64,000 nt of DNA from UHGV virus genome UHGV-1451962; one strand, written 5' to 3'. This document shows positions 42,173-52,715 of the stretch, one piece after another. Source of the stretch: a virus. Below the pieces are notes generated by a model. It saw only the letters and a program-made list of their open reading frames with translations, was not told the DNA's origin and ran no database searches. Position numbers and translations under genes: made by a program. Positions within the stretch are counted from its first letter, which is position 1. Each line of letters starts with the position of its first letter.

Positions 42173-42523
42173 TTATACTGTGATTGTATGCTCATTGAAC
42201 TCAAGTATAATATTTTTAGAAAAATAGTCTTGTAAATGTTCCATCTCATTTTCTTTCACAATGATACAATCAGCATTATCAGATGCATGTCCCCAAATAT
42301 AGTTACAATTTTTTCCATGTATAGTATAGTAAGCAGAACTAATATTATCTAATTTAACTAAGTAATTGAAAGCATCACTACTTTCTTTATTAGAATCACT
42401 GCCTTCTTTAGTAAGAGCGTAGCCACCCCTTGCTCTTACTTTACCAACAACAGTACCGCATGCCCTATCTACAACATATGTATTTGAAATGCGAACTCTG
42501 TCTCCATAATAAAACTTAGACAT
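42173..42523 (-). CDS. hypothetical protein; start revised to the SD-proximal ATG
   Basis: CAAAAGGAGAAAATAT-ATG at 42523 (protein begins MSKFYYGD..). No motif recognised. Confidence 0.45.
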   Translation of the reverse strand: MSKFYYGDRVRISNTYVVDRACGTVVGKVRARGGYALTKEGSDSNKESSDAFNYLVKLDNISSAYYTIHGKNCNYIWGHASDNADCIIVKENEMEHLQDYFSKNIILEFNEHTITV

Positions 42524-42717
42524 ATATTTTCTCCTTTTGCTACTGATTATCAAATATTTTTGTCTTATTTGCCATTTTAGAAATCTATTCTTCTCCAGTA
42601 CAAACTTTTGCCTCAGCAGTTAAGCGCTTTGTGCTCGCATCAACTAAAATTTGCTTAAATCTTTTAATCAAAAAAACATACCACACATTTTCCACATAAA
42701 TGTTTGCCTTATATAGT

Positions 42718-44973
42718 TTATAAATGTTTTACTCTCATAGAGACTTCTTGCTGTTTACCTAGATTAAATGCAGTTTTATAATCTCCTGTTAAATAACCGG
42801 TTACTCTTCTTAATTGTTGAATATGACTACTGCCACATTCAGGACAATTATCATTAAATTCATCACAATATCCGCACTCTAAACAAGTATCATTAGGTAC
42901 ATTAATTGCAAAATAAGGGATATCTTTATCCATAGCATAATTTACTATAATTTCTAATGCTTCTAAATTATTTTTTACTGTTGAATCTAATTCAATATAT
43001 GTAATACAACCAGCACTTGAATATCCTGTTAATTGAGATTCTATATCAATTTTTTCAAAAGGAGACATTTCCTTCCAAACAGGAACATGTATGCTATTTG
43101 TAAAGAAATCTTTATCTGAAACATTAGGAATAATACCATATTTTTCTTTAAATTTTTCCATTGCTGTATAAGCTAAATTTTCTGCGGGAGTGTAGTAAAC
43201 ACCAAAATTTAACTTATAATATTCTTTAAATTCTGCACAACGCTTTTTAAATAAAGATTCAATTTTTTTTGCTAATTCCATTCCTTCTGGAGTGGTGTGA
43301 TCCTGCCCAATTAGAATTTGAAGAGTTTCAGCAAGACCAATTTGACCCAAAGCTAAAGTCCCATGCTTCAGAGCACTACGGATACCTTCTTCTGGAATAT
43401 ATCCTGCCATAACATTATTTTCATACATGAATTTAGCTGACTCAGGAGATTGAGAACAAATCCATTCAAAGCGTTCAATTAACATATCTTTTGCTTCATT
43501 AATTTTTTGATCTAATTTATAAATAAATCTATCAATTAAAATTTGATTGCTATCGAAAGAATGATGATTTCTTACATCTTCCTCAAAATTAATTTTACAT
43601 TCCATCGCCAAAGTAGGCATAATAATAGTTACAGGACAAATATTTCCACGTCCATCTTTACGTTGTCCTAGGCCATTAATGTCCCATCCATTAGCCGTTC
43701 TACACCCCATCGTCGAGAAATATGTACACGGATCGTCTGGATTATAACCTTCATTTCCACTCCAATCAACATTTGCGTAATTAGGATATAATCTTTGAGC
43801 GGTTGATTTCAATGCTAATTGATATAAATCATAATTTGGATCTCCAGGTTTACGATTTATATTTTTCATCATTTGGAAAATTCCGCAAGGGAAAATACTT
43901 GTTTTATGTAATTTTCCAATTCCTTTTATTGAAACATCAAGAAGAGCTTTAGTTACTAAACGTCCTTCTGGCAGTACACAAGTGCCATAGTTAATTGATG
44001 TAAAAGGTAATTGATTCCCAGAGCGTGATTGTAGTGTATTAAGATTGTGGTACATTCCTTCAACAGCTTGATAGATTTCTTTTATTGTCATATCCATAGC
44101 ATATTTATATGGTCTATTTCCAATTCCTATCTGTGTTAAAAATTCAATATTATTTATAGAACAATTTTCTTTTAAAAGATTTATTTTCATTTCTGCGCAG
44201 CTACTATCAGACCAATCGCAAAAATATTTTAATCCATCACAATAATGTTTATAAAAACTTTTTCTTACATAAGGTACCATTGTCCAATCTAAGTGAGTTG
44301 CGCTCACGCCGCCAAACTGCTGCAAAGATTGTAGCTGAAAAATAACTGCGACAAGTTGAAAGGCGGTATTAACACTTTGAGCTGGTCTTACATCTGTTTG
44401 GCGTGTATTAAAACCATTAGCAAGCAAATCGTCAAAAGGAATAGATAAACAATTATGACTACCTACATAATAACTACCCAAATCATGAATATAAATTTCA
44501 TTATTTAAATGATTTTTTCTTGCCATAGGCGAAACAATATAATCCAAAGCTAATTGTTTTGTAACTATATCACTTGCTTCTCCAGTTCTTCCACCAAAAG
44601 AAGATTCATCAACATTTGCATTTTGATTTTGAATATTGGAAGCATCAAGTTTTTCTCTAATAGCATTAATAAAATCATTTTTCTTTTCTCTTGCTACTTC
44701 TTTTTTATATCTAAAACGAATATAAGCTCTAGCTACATCTCTTCGATAAGATTGCATTAAAAAATCTTCAACCCAATCTTGAATATCTTCAACGCCAATA
44801 CTACCATCAGGATAATGCTGCATTTTTTTTTCAATTTCATTTGCTATATCTTTTGCGGTATCATCCTCATATAATTGTCCATCTACTTCAATGAAAGCTT
44901 TATTAATTGCATTAATAATTTTATTTTTATTAAAAACCGCGATTGAACCATCGCGTTTAATTAAGTCAAACAT
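42718..44973 (-). CDS. nrdD: anaerobic (class III) ribonucleoside-triphosphate reductase
   Basis: 751 aa with an N-terminal ATP-cone-like segment (..IKRDGSIAVFNKNKIINAINKAF..), a C-terminal Zn ribbon (CLECGYCDEFNDNCPECGS) and the glycyl-radical motif ..RRVTGYL... Confidence 0.9.
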   Translation of the reverse strand: MFDLIKRDGSIAVFNKNKIINAINKAFIEVDGQLYEDDTAKDIANEIEKKMQHYPDGSIGVEDIQDWVEDFLMQSYRRDVARAYIRFRYKKEVAREKKNDFINAIREKLDASNIQNQNANVDESSFGGRTGEASDIVTKQLALDYIVSPMARKNHLNNEIYIHDLGSYYVGSHNCLSIPFDDLLANGFNTRQTDVRPAQSVNTAFQLVAVIFQLQSLQQFGGVSATHLDWTMVPYVRKSFYKHYCDGLKYFCDWSDSSCAEMKINLLKENCSINNIEFLTQIGIGNRPYKYAMDMTIKEIYQAVEGMYHNLNTLQSRSGNQLPFTSINYGTCVLPEGRLVTKALLDVSIKGIGKLHKTSIFPCGIFQMMKNINRKPGDPNYDLYQLALKSTAQRLYPNYANVDWSGNEGYNPDDPCTYFSTMGCRTANGWDINGLGQRKDGRGNICPVTIIMPTLAMECKINFEEDVRNHHSFDSNQILIDRFIYKLDQKINEAKDMLIERFEWICSQSPESAKFMYENNVMAGYIPEEGIRSALKHGTLALGQIGLAETLQILIGQDHTTPEGMELAKKIESLFKKRCAEFKEYYKLNFGVYYTPAENLAYTAMEKFKEKYGIIPNVSDKDFFTNSIHVPVWKEMSPFEKIDIESQLTGYSSAGCITYIELDSTVKNNLEALEIIVNYAMDKDIPYFAINVPNDTCLECGYCDEFNDNCPECGSSHIQQLRRVTGYLTGDYKTAFNLGKQQEVSMRVKHL

Positions 44974-45035
44974 TATTACACCTCTATATATATTTTATTG
45001 ATACATATTATATATACAAATTGTAGTATTTTTAT

Positions 45036-45596
45036 TTAAAAGATTTGTCCAGCAATACGTTGCACGCTAGTTGTAAAATCTTTTCTAGTTAAATTTTTTA
45101 AAACTTCACAATTAAATTCTGAAACAAAACTTCTAAAATCTTTTTCATCTGTCTCATATCTACGGATAATTTCTTCAATATTAGGTTCTTTTTCTCTATT
45201 GAGTTGTCTTATCAATCTCTCCTTATTTGATACATCTATATAAAAAATCTTTAAAATAATATTTGGATTATCTTTCAAAATTTCTAAACCTTCTGGATTA
45301 AAAACCCCAATATTAATTTTATCTGTATCAAGAGTAGAATAAGAAGTTCCATAACACCACCCGTTAAATGAAGTAGCTTCTAGCATGTCTCCATTTAAAA
45401 GTTTAACCGCAAATTCTTCATTGGTAAGATAATGATAATCTTTTCCTTCTGTTTCATTATCTCTTTTAGGTCTAGTAGTACAAGAAATAATTGGATTTAA
45501 TTGCGGATTAAGCTTAATGGCGGAGGAAAGAATAGAATCTTTCCCCGCACCACTTTTTCCTGCAATTGCAATAATTTTAATCTTCTTCATCTTCAA
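45036..45596 (-). CDS. guanylate-kinase-like (d)NMP kinase
   Basis: P-loop AIAGKSGAGKDS and ..SCTTRPKRDNETEGKDYHYLTNEEF.. (guanylate kinase signature region). Confidence 0.7.
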   Translation of the reverse strand: MKMKKIKIIAIAGKSGAGKDSILSSAIKLNPQLNPIISCTTRPKRDNETEGKDYHYLTNEEFAVKLLNGDMLEATSFNGWCYGTSYSTLDTDKINIGVFNPEGLEILKDNPNIILKIFYIDVSNKERLIRQLNREKEPNIEEIIRRYETDEKDFRSFVSEFNCEVLKNLTRKDFTTSVQRIAGQIF

Positions 45597-48500
45597 TATC
45601 TCCCTGAAGTCTTGTATGTCTTAAAATTAAATCTCCATGTTCATCAATATTATCAATATGATATAATCGATGAGAAATACTAGAAGCATATTTTTTACTA
45701 ACAAATTCGTCCCCCCGACGAATACCCTGAATTAAAATCATATTACCTCTATTAAACCAACTCTTTTCAATCACTTTCTTAGTTCCATCTGATTGACGTT
45801 CAGAAATTTGTTTATCAAAAACAGCGAAATGTTCCTTTCTTAACTTTACTGGTACTACTCCAGTAGTAGTTAAAAGATAAACAATTCCTTTTGGTTTATT
45901 TTTTGCAATACAAGTTCCGCAAATTTTATGCAGTTTATAAATAGGAATTTGAATAGCACCTTTTTTGAAAAACTTTTCTACTTCTGGTTCAGCAGGTAAT
46001 TGCTCAAAATCAACAATACCATATTTGTTCTTATTAACATTAATCAATTCATGCGGATGATAATAAAAACATAAAGCTTCCATTTCCCAAGAAGATAAAT
46101 TACCAGAAGCATATTTTTCCCAATCTTTCATAAAAATACTTGTATTTAACTTATTTAAAATATTTTGTTTATCTTGATTAATCCAATTTCTAAAAACATC
46201 CATCCAAGTTTGATAAATGTTTTTATCCCAAATTTTCTTATTTAAGAAATAATTATTTTCAATCCAATGTCCATAATCCATTTCATAAATAAAATTTAAA
46301 GCTCTTTCATCAAGTTTATAATATTCATTGTCATATTTACATTCATTTTTTAAATATCTGTTAAATTCATAAATTTTTCTTGCGGTTATTTGTTCTTCTG
46401 TTTCTTCTGGCAAAATTTTATGTCTAATTAATCCTGGAAGATTCTGTAAAGTTAATCTTGATTTTTTATCACAAGTAAGCCACAAATAAGTAATCATTGT
46501 GTCATATCTAGGAGACAAATTATCAAAAGCACCGCCTTTAATCAAAGTAATCATTGCTTGTTTATTAGGTCTAACTCGATTGTAAAAATCTATCATAGAA
46601 TTATAAGGACGTTTAGCAATAATATCTTTAATTAAATCATCTCCGACATTAAGCAAACTTTTTAAACCCATCCAAATTAAATTCTGTTTTTCATCAGGAA
46701 CAAAATTATATTGTGAATTATTAATATCTACAAGAGAAATTTTAATATTTGCTTTTTGCATTTTTCCTAAAGCAGTAGCAATTTTGTTATAATCAGTGCT
46801 TCCATCTTCTCCACCTGCATCATTAATAAGACAAGCGCAATTCCAATAAACAATAGGAAATTTAAAAGCTAAATTCATTTCTTGAACAGCAATGATAGAA
46901 TAGGCAAGCGTATGAGATAGATTAAATCCATATCCTCGACTAGTTGCAATTAACACATTCCAAACATAATTACAAAGATTTTGACTTAAACTTTTTTCTT
47001 TTACTTCTGTAAAATACTTTTTAGTAAGTTCATCATATGCAGCAGGATTTTTCTTTGCAATAGCTTTTCGCAAACTATCAGCAAAAGTCAAATCAAAACC
47101 ACCGCACTCTGGAATTTGAACTAATTGCATAAATCCTTCCTGACTCTCACATATACCATAACTACCAGAAAGATATGGTTTAAGTAATTCTTGCTCTTGT
47201 TGAGTTAATCCATAGTTTTCCATTTCTTGATACCACAAATTAATATTTGCTTTAAAGCGAGCATATTTATTTAAAGGTTGTTCTCCACCTTTTTCCTGAG
47301 CCATTAATCGAATAATTGAATTTAAGTGGGCTAAATCTTCAACTGATTTAGGGTGAGTTAATGCAATGCCTTGTATTCCACTTTGTTTTTCCATTTGGAA
47401 TAAAGATTGAATTTCATGGTTATTAACCATTTTCCACATTTCAGAATCATTGCGTTCAATATTATATACACCTAAAATTTCTTCATAAGTTTCTCTTAAA
47501 GAACCTTTATCTTGAATTTTATTTGCTGCAAGTAAAAGATCGAGACAATTATGCATTTTATCCATAGCTTCAACGGATAATAGATCATACTTGATAAGAC
47601 TTACATCTTCAGCCCGATGTAGATCATAACCTGTTACTATTGTTCCATCAGGAGCACGCATTAAAGAAGCGGACTCAGTAAAAGGTTCATCCACAAAAAT
47701 AACTCCGCCTGCATGAATACCAGAACGACAAATCAAACCTTCAATTTTATGAGCTACATCCCACAATTCAGGATATTCTTTCATTTTATCAACAAAAGGT
47801 CTAATGATAGGATAACCATTTTCTTTATCACCATAATAACATTGAGATAAAGTGCGAATTAATCCTCTATCTGCGGGAATAAGAGACGCAATATATTGAG
47901 CTTCATCTACATCAATACCTAAACCTCTACAAGCTGTTAAAATAGCACTTTTAGAAGTTTCTTTACCAAAAGTGATAACATTTGCAACTCTATCTTCACC
48001 ATAAACTTCTCTTAGGTGAGAAAGAACTTGCGCTCTTTTAGATCCTTCAATATCTACATCTACATCCAAAACAGAAACTCGACTAGGGTTAAGAAATCTC
48101 CAACTAAAAGTTTGAACAGTTTCTCGCAAAGGATTAATTTGCGTTATATCTAAAAGATATAACAAAATAAAACCAACACCTGAACCACGACCTGGGCCAA
48201 CTAAACTGCCAGCCTCCCAACAGCAATCAATAATTTTTTGAAGATTTAAATAATAAGCACTCCAATGAGTTTTATTTACTATTGATGATTCCCAAGTTTT
48301 ATCCAAACAATCATTAATTGCTTCATAAGTCTTTTGATTTCTTAAAGTTTCATCTTTTTCTAATCGTTCAATAATAGCTTTAGCCAATTCTACATCACCA
48401 ATATAATCAGATTCAATAAATTCCTTCAAAAGAGGAATATCATTTACCCAATCATATAAATTACTTTTTGGATTAAAAATTTTCCAAGGCAATTGTGGAA

Positions 48501-49416
48501 TTTTTAGAGATTTCCGCAAATCATAATCTTCACATTGCGAAGCAATATAATTAATATTTTTATATGCTTCATCAAGAGAAAAATCAAAATGAGATTCAAG
48601 TTCTTCAGTAGTCATCATATAAGTTGTAGCATAAAAAGCATCAACTTCTCTCTCACCATCTTGAGAATTAAGATATGCTTTATGAATTGGTCGATCTTCT
48701 AATCGAGCATAATGTGAATCTGTAGTTACAATCCAAGGAATATTTAATTCTTTTGCAATTTTTAATAGCTGTTGATTAGCTAAGTATTGTTCATTATCTT
48801 TTTTCTCAGGTGGCTGCAATTCAATATAAAAATTACCTTCTCCAAATAATTTTACCATTGATTTACACCATTTAATAAGATGATTTTTTCTTTCTTCATC
48901 TGGATTTTCAACTAACTTTAAACATTCTGAGGACAAAAAACCACCCAAACAAGCGCTTGATGCAATAAGATGACCTTTATTATTATCAATAATATCAATT
49001 AAATCTTGATAATAAGTGGGGACTCTTCGCATTTTACCTGTTTTATAACTTCTTAACCATGCGCGAGTAGAAATTTCTCTAAGTTGTTTATGACCTTCTT
49101 TATCTTTTGCTAATAAGATAAAATGATAATAACTATCTTCTCCTGAAATAAAATTATCTTGATTTAATCCATTTCGACAAAGATAAATCTCATTACCTAA
49201 AATTAGTTTAAAATCAGGATTATCTTTTTTAATCTTTTCATAATAAGATAAGGCAGATAAATGTCCTGATAAACAATCATGGTCAGTAATAGCTAATACT
49301 TTATGCCCCAAAGAAACAGCTGTATCAATTAAATTTTCTACTTTTATGATACAATCGCGTAGACGAATATTACTGAACTCCGAGTGATTATGTACACTAC
49401 CTGGAAATTTCAACAA
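45577..49416 (-). CDS. dnaE: DNA polymerase III alpha subunit (DnaE-type) with N-terminal PHP domain
   Basis: 1279 aa with a TTG start. PHP motifs are present (..GSVHNHSEFSNIRLRD.., ..AITDHDCLSGH..), along with the polymerase core (..GRGSGVGFILLYLLDITQINPL.., ..SVLDVDVDIEG.., ..GIHAGGVIF..). Confidence 0.9.
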   Translation of the reverse strand: MLKFPGSVHNHSEFSNIRLRDCIIKVENLIDTAVSLGHKVLAITDHDCLSGHLSALSYYEKIKKDNPDFKLILGNEIYLCRNGLNQDNFISGEDSYYHFILLAKDKEGHKQLREISTRAWLRSYKTGKMRRVPTYYQDLIDIIDNNKGHLIASSACLGGFLSSECLKLVENPDEERKNHLIKWCKSMVKLFGEGNFYIELQPPEKKDNEQYLANQQLLKIAKELNIPWIVTTDSHYARLEDRPIHKAYLNSQDGEREVDAFYATTYMMTTEELESHFDFSLDEAYKNINYIASQCEDYDLRKSLKIPQLPWKIFNPKSNLYDWVNDIPLLKEFIESDYIGDVELAKAIIERLEKDETLRNQKTYEAINDCLDKTWESSIVNKTHWSAYYLNLQKIIDCCWEAGSLVGPGRGSGVGFILLYLLDITQINPLRETVQTFSWRFLNPSRVSVLDVDVDIEGSKRAQVLSHLREVYGEDRVANVITFGKETSKSAILTACRGLGIDVDEAQYIASLIPADRGLIRTLSQCYYGDKENGYPIIRPFVDKMKEYPELWDVAHKIEGLICRSGIHAGGVIFVDEPFTESASLMRAPDGTIVTGYDLHRAEDVSLIKYDLLSVEAMDKMHNCLDLLLAANKIQDKGSLRETYEEILGVYNIERNDSEMWKMVNNHEIQSLFQMEKQSGIQGIALTHPKSVEDLAHLNSIIRLMAQEKGGEQPLNKYARFKANINLWYQEMENYGLTQQEQELLKPYLSGSYGICESQEGFMQLVQIPECGGFDLTFADSLRKAIAKKNPAAYDELTKKYFTEVKEKSLSQNLCNYVWNVLIATSRGYGFNLSHTLAYSIIAVQEMNLAFKFPIVYWNCACLINDAGGEDGSTDYNKIATALGKMQKANIKISLVDINNSQYNFVPDEKQNLIWMGLKSLLNVGDDLIKDIIAKRPYNSMIDFYNRVRPNKQAMITLIKGGAFDNLSPRYDTMITYLWLTCDKKSRLTLQNLPGLIRHKILPEETEEQITARKIYEFNRYLKNECKYDNEYYKLDERALNFIYEMDYGHWIENNYFLNKKIWDKNIYQTWMDVFRNWINQDKQNILNKLNTSIFMKDWEKYASGNLSSWEMEALCFYYHPHELINVNKNKYGIVDFEQLPAEPEVEKFFKKGAIQIPIYKLHKICGTCIAKNKPKGIVYLLTTTGVVPVKLRKEHFAVFDKQISERQSDGTKKVIEKSWFNRGNMILIQGIRRGDEFVSKKYASSISHRLYHIDNIDEHGDLILRHTRLQGDIEDEED

Positions 49417-49454
49417 ATTATCACACCTTTCTTATTATATTATATCATATTTTT

Positions 49455-50624
49455 TTAATTTTTTAAAACAAGAGTAAGTTTTTCAGATGCACGAGTCACT
49501 AAAGTATATAAATATCTTTTATGTTCTTCTTGTTTAAAAGGAAAGTTTTCTTCAATACCTAATACCTTTTGATATTCGCTGCCTTGTGCTTTCCAACAAG
49601 TAATTGCATAACCATAGTCAAAACTTTGAAGTTTGTAATTTTTAGGTAAAAGATAATAATTATCTTGAGTAACACTTGGCGTATGATTTACTAATTGATT
49701 ATAATCTACATTATTCATAGAAAATAATCCTAAAAGATTTTCATCATCGTATTCTTCTGGCATAAAATCTAATTTAAGAATATTATCTTTTAAATTTTTA
49801 TCATATAAAACCTTATAATTTTTGATAGTTCCAATTGCACCATTAATAAGTGGGTCTTCCAAAGAATTTAATTTTTTCCAATCATTATGCAGACAAATAA
49901 TTTTATCTCCAACAACAGGAAGAGCACCTGAATCAACGCCCCAGAATAATTTGCGGCAAACATCATTTAAGTAATATCTAGTATCATTTTTAGCACAGAT
50001 AATCTGATCTGCCCAAGCTAGCATACCTTGATTTAAATCAGAAGCACAAACTACATTTACCTCTTTTCCTTTAAAAGGTTTAATAAGTTTGCCATTTCTA
50101 ATATCCATGCTTAACCTAATAATTTCACTTTCTTGCGCTTGTCGCATAATTTCATCAAGAAAAACATGTGGATTATTTAGAATATCTGTTCCTTCTGTTA
50201 AAGCAGGTAACTGACCAGGGTCACCAGTTGCTAGAACAGGAATGTGATGGGAGAGAAGAAGTTCCCACATTTTTTTAGGTAACATGGAAATTTCATCTAC
50301 CACAATAAGTTTATAATCATCAATAGTCAATTTAGGATAAAATCTATATGTTCCATTAGGATTTTTTACAGCTTTATAAAGTAACTTATGAGCAGTCATT
50401 GCATTTTTATTACCTTTTGATTTTAAAACTTTAGCGGCTTTACCTGTATAAGCAATAAAAGCTACATCATTTTCTTTATCTAAATTTAAAGCATCAATAA
50501 TAAAACCTACTAATGTGCTTTTGCCAGCTCCAGCGTATCCCGAAATTACAGTATATGGTTCTTTAGATCTATATCTTTGTACTGCAATCTGCAATCCTTG
50601 GTATTGTTTATCAGTTAGAGTCAT
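49455..50624 (-). CDS. SF1 helicase, RecD/Dda-like; start revised
   Basis: TTGGAGGATAAAA-ATG at 50624. Walker A GYAGAGKST, Walker B VVDEISML, and C-terminal ..YAITCWKAQGSEY.. / ..LVTRASEKLTLV... Confidence 0.8.
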   Translation of the reverse strand: MTLTDKQYQGLQIAVQRYRSKEPYTVISGYAGAGKSTLVGFIIDALNLDKENDVAFIAYTGKAAKVLKSKGNKNAMTAHKLLYKAVKNPNGTYRFYPKLTIDDYKLIVVDEISMLPKKMWELLLSHHIPVLATGDPGQLPALTEGTDILNNPHVFLDEIMRQAQESEIIRLSMDIRNGKLIKPFKGKEVNVVCASDLNQGMLAWADQIICAKNDTRYYLNDVCRKLFWGVDSGALPVVGDKIICLHNDWKKLNSLEDPLINGAIGTIKNYKVLYDKNLKDNILKLDFMPEEYDDENLLGLFSMNNVDYNQLVNHTPSVTQDNYYLLPKNYKLQSFDYGYAITCWKAQGSEYQKVLGIEENFPFKQEEHKRYLYTLVTRASEKLTLVLKN

Positions 50625-50847
50625 TTTTATCCTCCAAAAGGTTTTCTCTAAGAATATCAAAGAAACGTAAACAATCTCTTCTCGCTAAATTCATTCGTGT
50701 TTCAAATTCTTGGCCATTTTTAACTTCATAAATAGCTAACATCATTCTTGCGTATTTATATCTTAAACACAAACTGTCAAAAACATATTCTTTAATTTTC
50801 ATATCTTTTTCTTCAAAAACTTCTTGCAACTTATAAATATCATCCAT
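50611..50847 (-). CDS. hypothetical protein (78 aa)
   Basis: SD AATAGGAGAAAAATTAAA-ATG. No motif recognised. Confidence 0.45.
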   Translation of the reverse strand: MDDIYKLQEVFEEKDMKIKEYVFDSLCLRYKYARMMLAIYEVKNGQEFETRMNLARRDCLRFFDILRENLLEDKNDSN

Positions 50848-50941
50848 TTTAATTTTTCTCCTATTTACTTTAAAAATTACTAAACTCCATTTTAATTCAT
50901 CGTCTCCGCGCCGATGAGCTTCCAGCTAAAACTTTCAAAAA

Positions 50942-52678
50942 TCAAAAGAAATAATCTTGATGAGATACAATTTCATAATCTTGAATAATTAATTGCGGAT
51001 TAATGTTCCCGCAATATTCATTTATCTCACACTTACAAAGAATATCTATAATTACACAACCTTGTTCAGTATATAAGTTATTATATTCTTCTTCTCCTGA
51101 TTTAAACTTAATTGCTTTTATATTATCTTTTAAATCAATTTTTAATGTAGGATTTCTATCTTTTGCCATAAGGTGAAGATTATTTGCAGTTACTCGAATT
51201 CCTTTTATAACTATCAAAGCTTCTTCTACGTCTTTTCCCCAAAGATGTTTTAAATTACCAATATCTAAAATGTTTTTAGCCAAAATATCAGAATATTGCC
51301 ATATAAAATCTACTCTATAATCAGGAGTAAATTCCACATTTTTTAATTCTTGATTGCAATAATCTATAAATTTCGATAAATTTTCATCTGAAATAGATAA
51401 ACCATGAGCATTAGCATGTCCTTGCGCCCAATTAATTAAATTAGATTTTTGTTCAAAGGTTTGTAAATCTTTTAATTGAGATTTTTCATACCCTCTTGCT
51501 GAACCTTCCCAAATTATTTTATTGTCTATATTATATTCATTTAAAATAATAACAGGACGCTGGTACTCTGAAACCAGTCGATTTGCAATTAATCCAGAAA
51601 TAGATCTATTAATTGGCTCTTCTGGAGTTGATTGAATTATTAAAATTTTATTTTTTAATAAATCTTTTTCTTCAATTTGATTACTAATAATCTCAATGTT
51701 TTCATCTCTAATTTTATTTTGATGATTTTTAATATTATTACTCATTCTAACCGCTTGAGTAACAATTGCTTCCATTTGTCCTTTGCATCCTCGTTTAGTA
51801 GAAGGAATTTGATTTAAAGCTTTCCAATTAAGCATTGCTTCAAATAATATTTTCTTTTCTTCTTTTGTCCCCAATCTAGCAACTGCATTAATATAAGGTA
51901 CAATATAAAAAGCAACTCCTATGGATGTAATATTGGTACCTAATTGATAACTATTTTTTTCTACCATTTCTCGCATAAAAGGATTTTGAATATTTTCTAA
52001 TCCTTTTCTAGTTAAATAAGATGTTTCTAAATCTCTTAAACTCATAACGTCTCCTGTTAAACCAAGAGACACTAAATCAAGAAAATTATCTGCGTAATCG
52101 AAGTTAAGTAAATTATCAATATACTTACAAAATTTATATACCATACCTGCACCGGATAATGATTTAGTTGGATAATCACAGAGTTGATTGTTTATCACAC
52201 AGGCGAAAGGACTAACTTTATCTGCTTTATGATGGTCAATTACTAAAACATCAATTCCTTTATTGGATAATTGTTCATGTATATCATACTCATTACTACT
52301 AGAGTCTAAAGCTATAACCAATTTAGTTTCTTGCGGAATTTGGTCTAACCAAATACCATGAGCTTTATGCGGGTGAAAATCATAAATAATATTTGCTTCT
52401 ACTATTGATGGAACAATTTTATATAAATAATTTAAAAAAATAGCAGCAGAAGTAAATCCATCATCATCATCATCTACAATTAAATAAATTAAATCTTTTC
52501 CTAAGTGACGAAAAAGCATTTCTACTCCTTGCTGCATATTATTTATTAAATTTGGATTATAAATAACAGAATCATTTGGATTCAAATAAGTTTGTATATC
52601 TTGAATCCCTCTGTTATTTAAAATTTGTTCCACTATTGATTTATTTGAATCAATAGGATTAATTAATTTATAGTTCAT
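50942..52678 (-). CDS. DHH/DHHA1 phosphoesterase (RecJ-like)
   Basis: Motifs ..LIVDDDDDGFTSAAI.., ..VLVIDHHKAD.. (DHH) and ..AQGHANAHG.. (DHHA1). Confidence 0.8.
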   Translation of the reverse strand: MNYKLINPIDSNKSIVEQILNNRGIQDIQTYLNPNDSVIYNPNLINNMQQGVEMLFRHLGKDLIYLIVDDDDDGFTSAAIFLNYLYKIVPSIVEANIIYDFHPHKAHGIWLDQIPQETKLVIALDSSSNEYDIHEQLSNKGIDVLVIDHHKADKVSPFACVINNQLCDYPTKSLSGAGMVYKFCKYIDNLLNFDYADNFLDLVSLGLTGDVMSLRDLETSYLTRKGLENIQNPFMREMVEKNSYQLGTNITSIGVAFYIVPYINAVARLGTKEEKKILFEAMLNWKALNQIPSTKRGCKGQMEAIVTQAVRMSNNIKNHQNKIRDENIEIISNQIEEKDLLKNKILIIQSTPEEPINRSISGLIANRLVSEYQRPVIILNEYNIDNKIIWEGSARGYEKSQLKDLQTFEQKSNLINWAQGHANAHGLSISDENLSKFIDYCNQELKNVEFTPDYRVDFIWQYSDILAKNILDIGNLKHLWGKDVEEALIVIKGIRVTANNLHLMAKDRNPTLKIDLKDNIKAIKFKSGEEEYNNLYTEQGCVIIDILCKCEINEYCGNINPQLIIQDYEIVSHQDYFF

Positions 52679-52715
52679 AGTGTTAATCTCCTTTCATGCG
52701 GAGATCACCACTACT

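Noticed and set aside
50848-50941. GC-rich hairpin TCATCG-N9-CGATGA (about 50900-50925) between the DHH gene and the 78-aa gene as a regulatory RNA
   Set aside because: The stem is only 6 bp and there is no U-tract. I could not assess conservation. It may be a weak attenuator, but the evidence is too thin to call.
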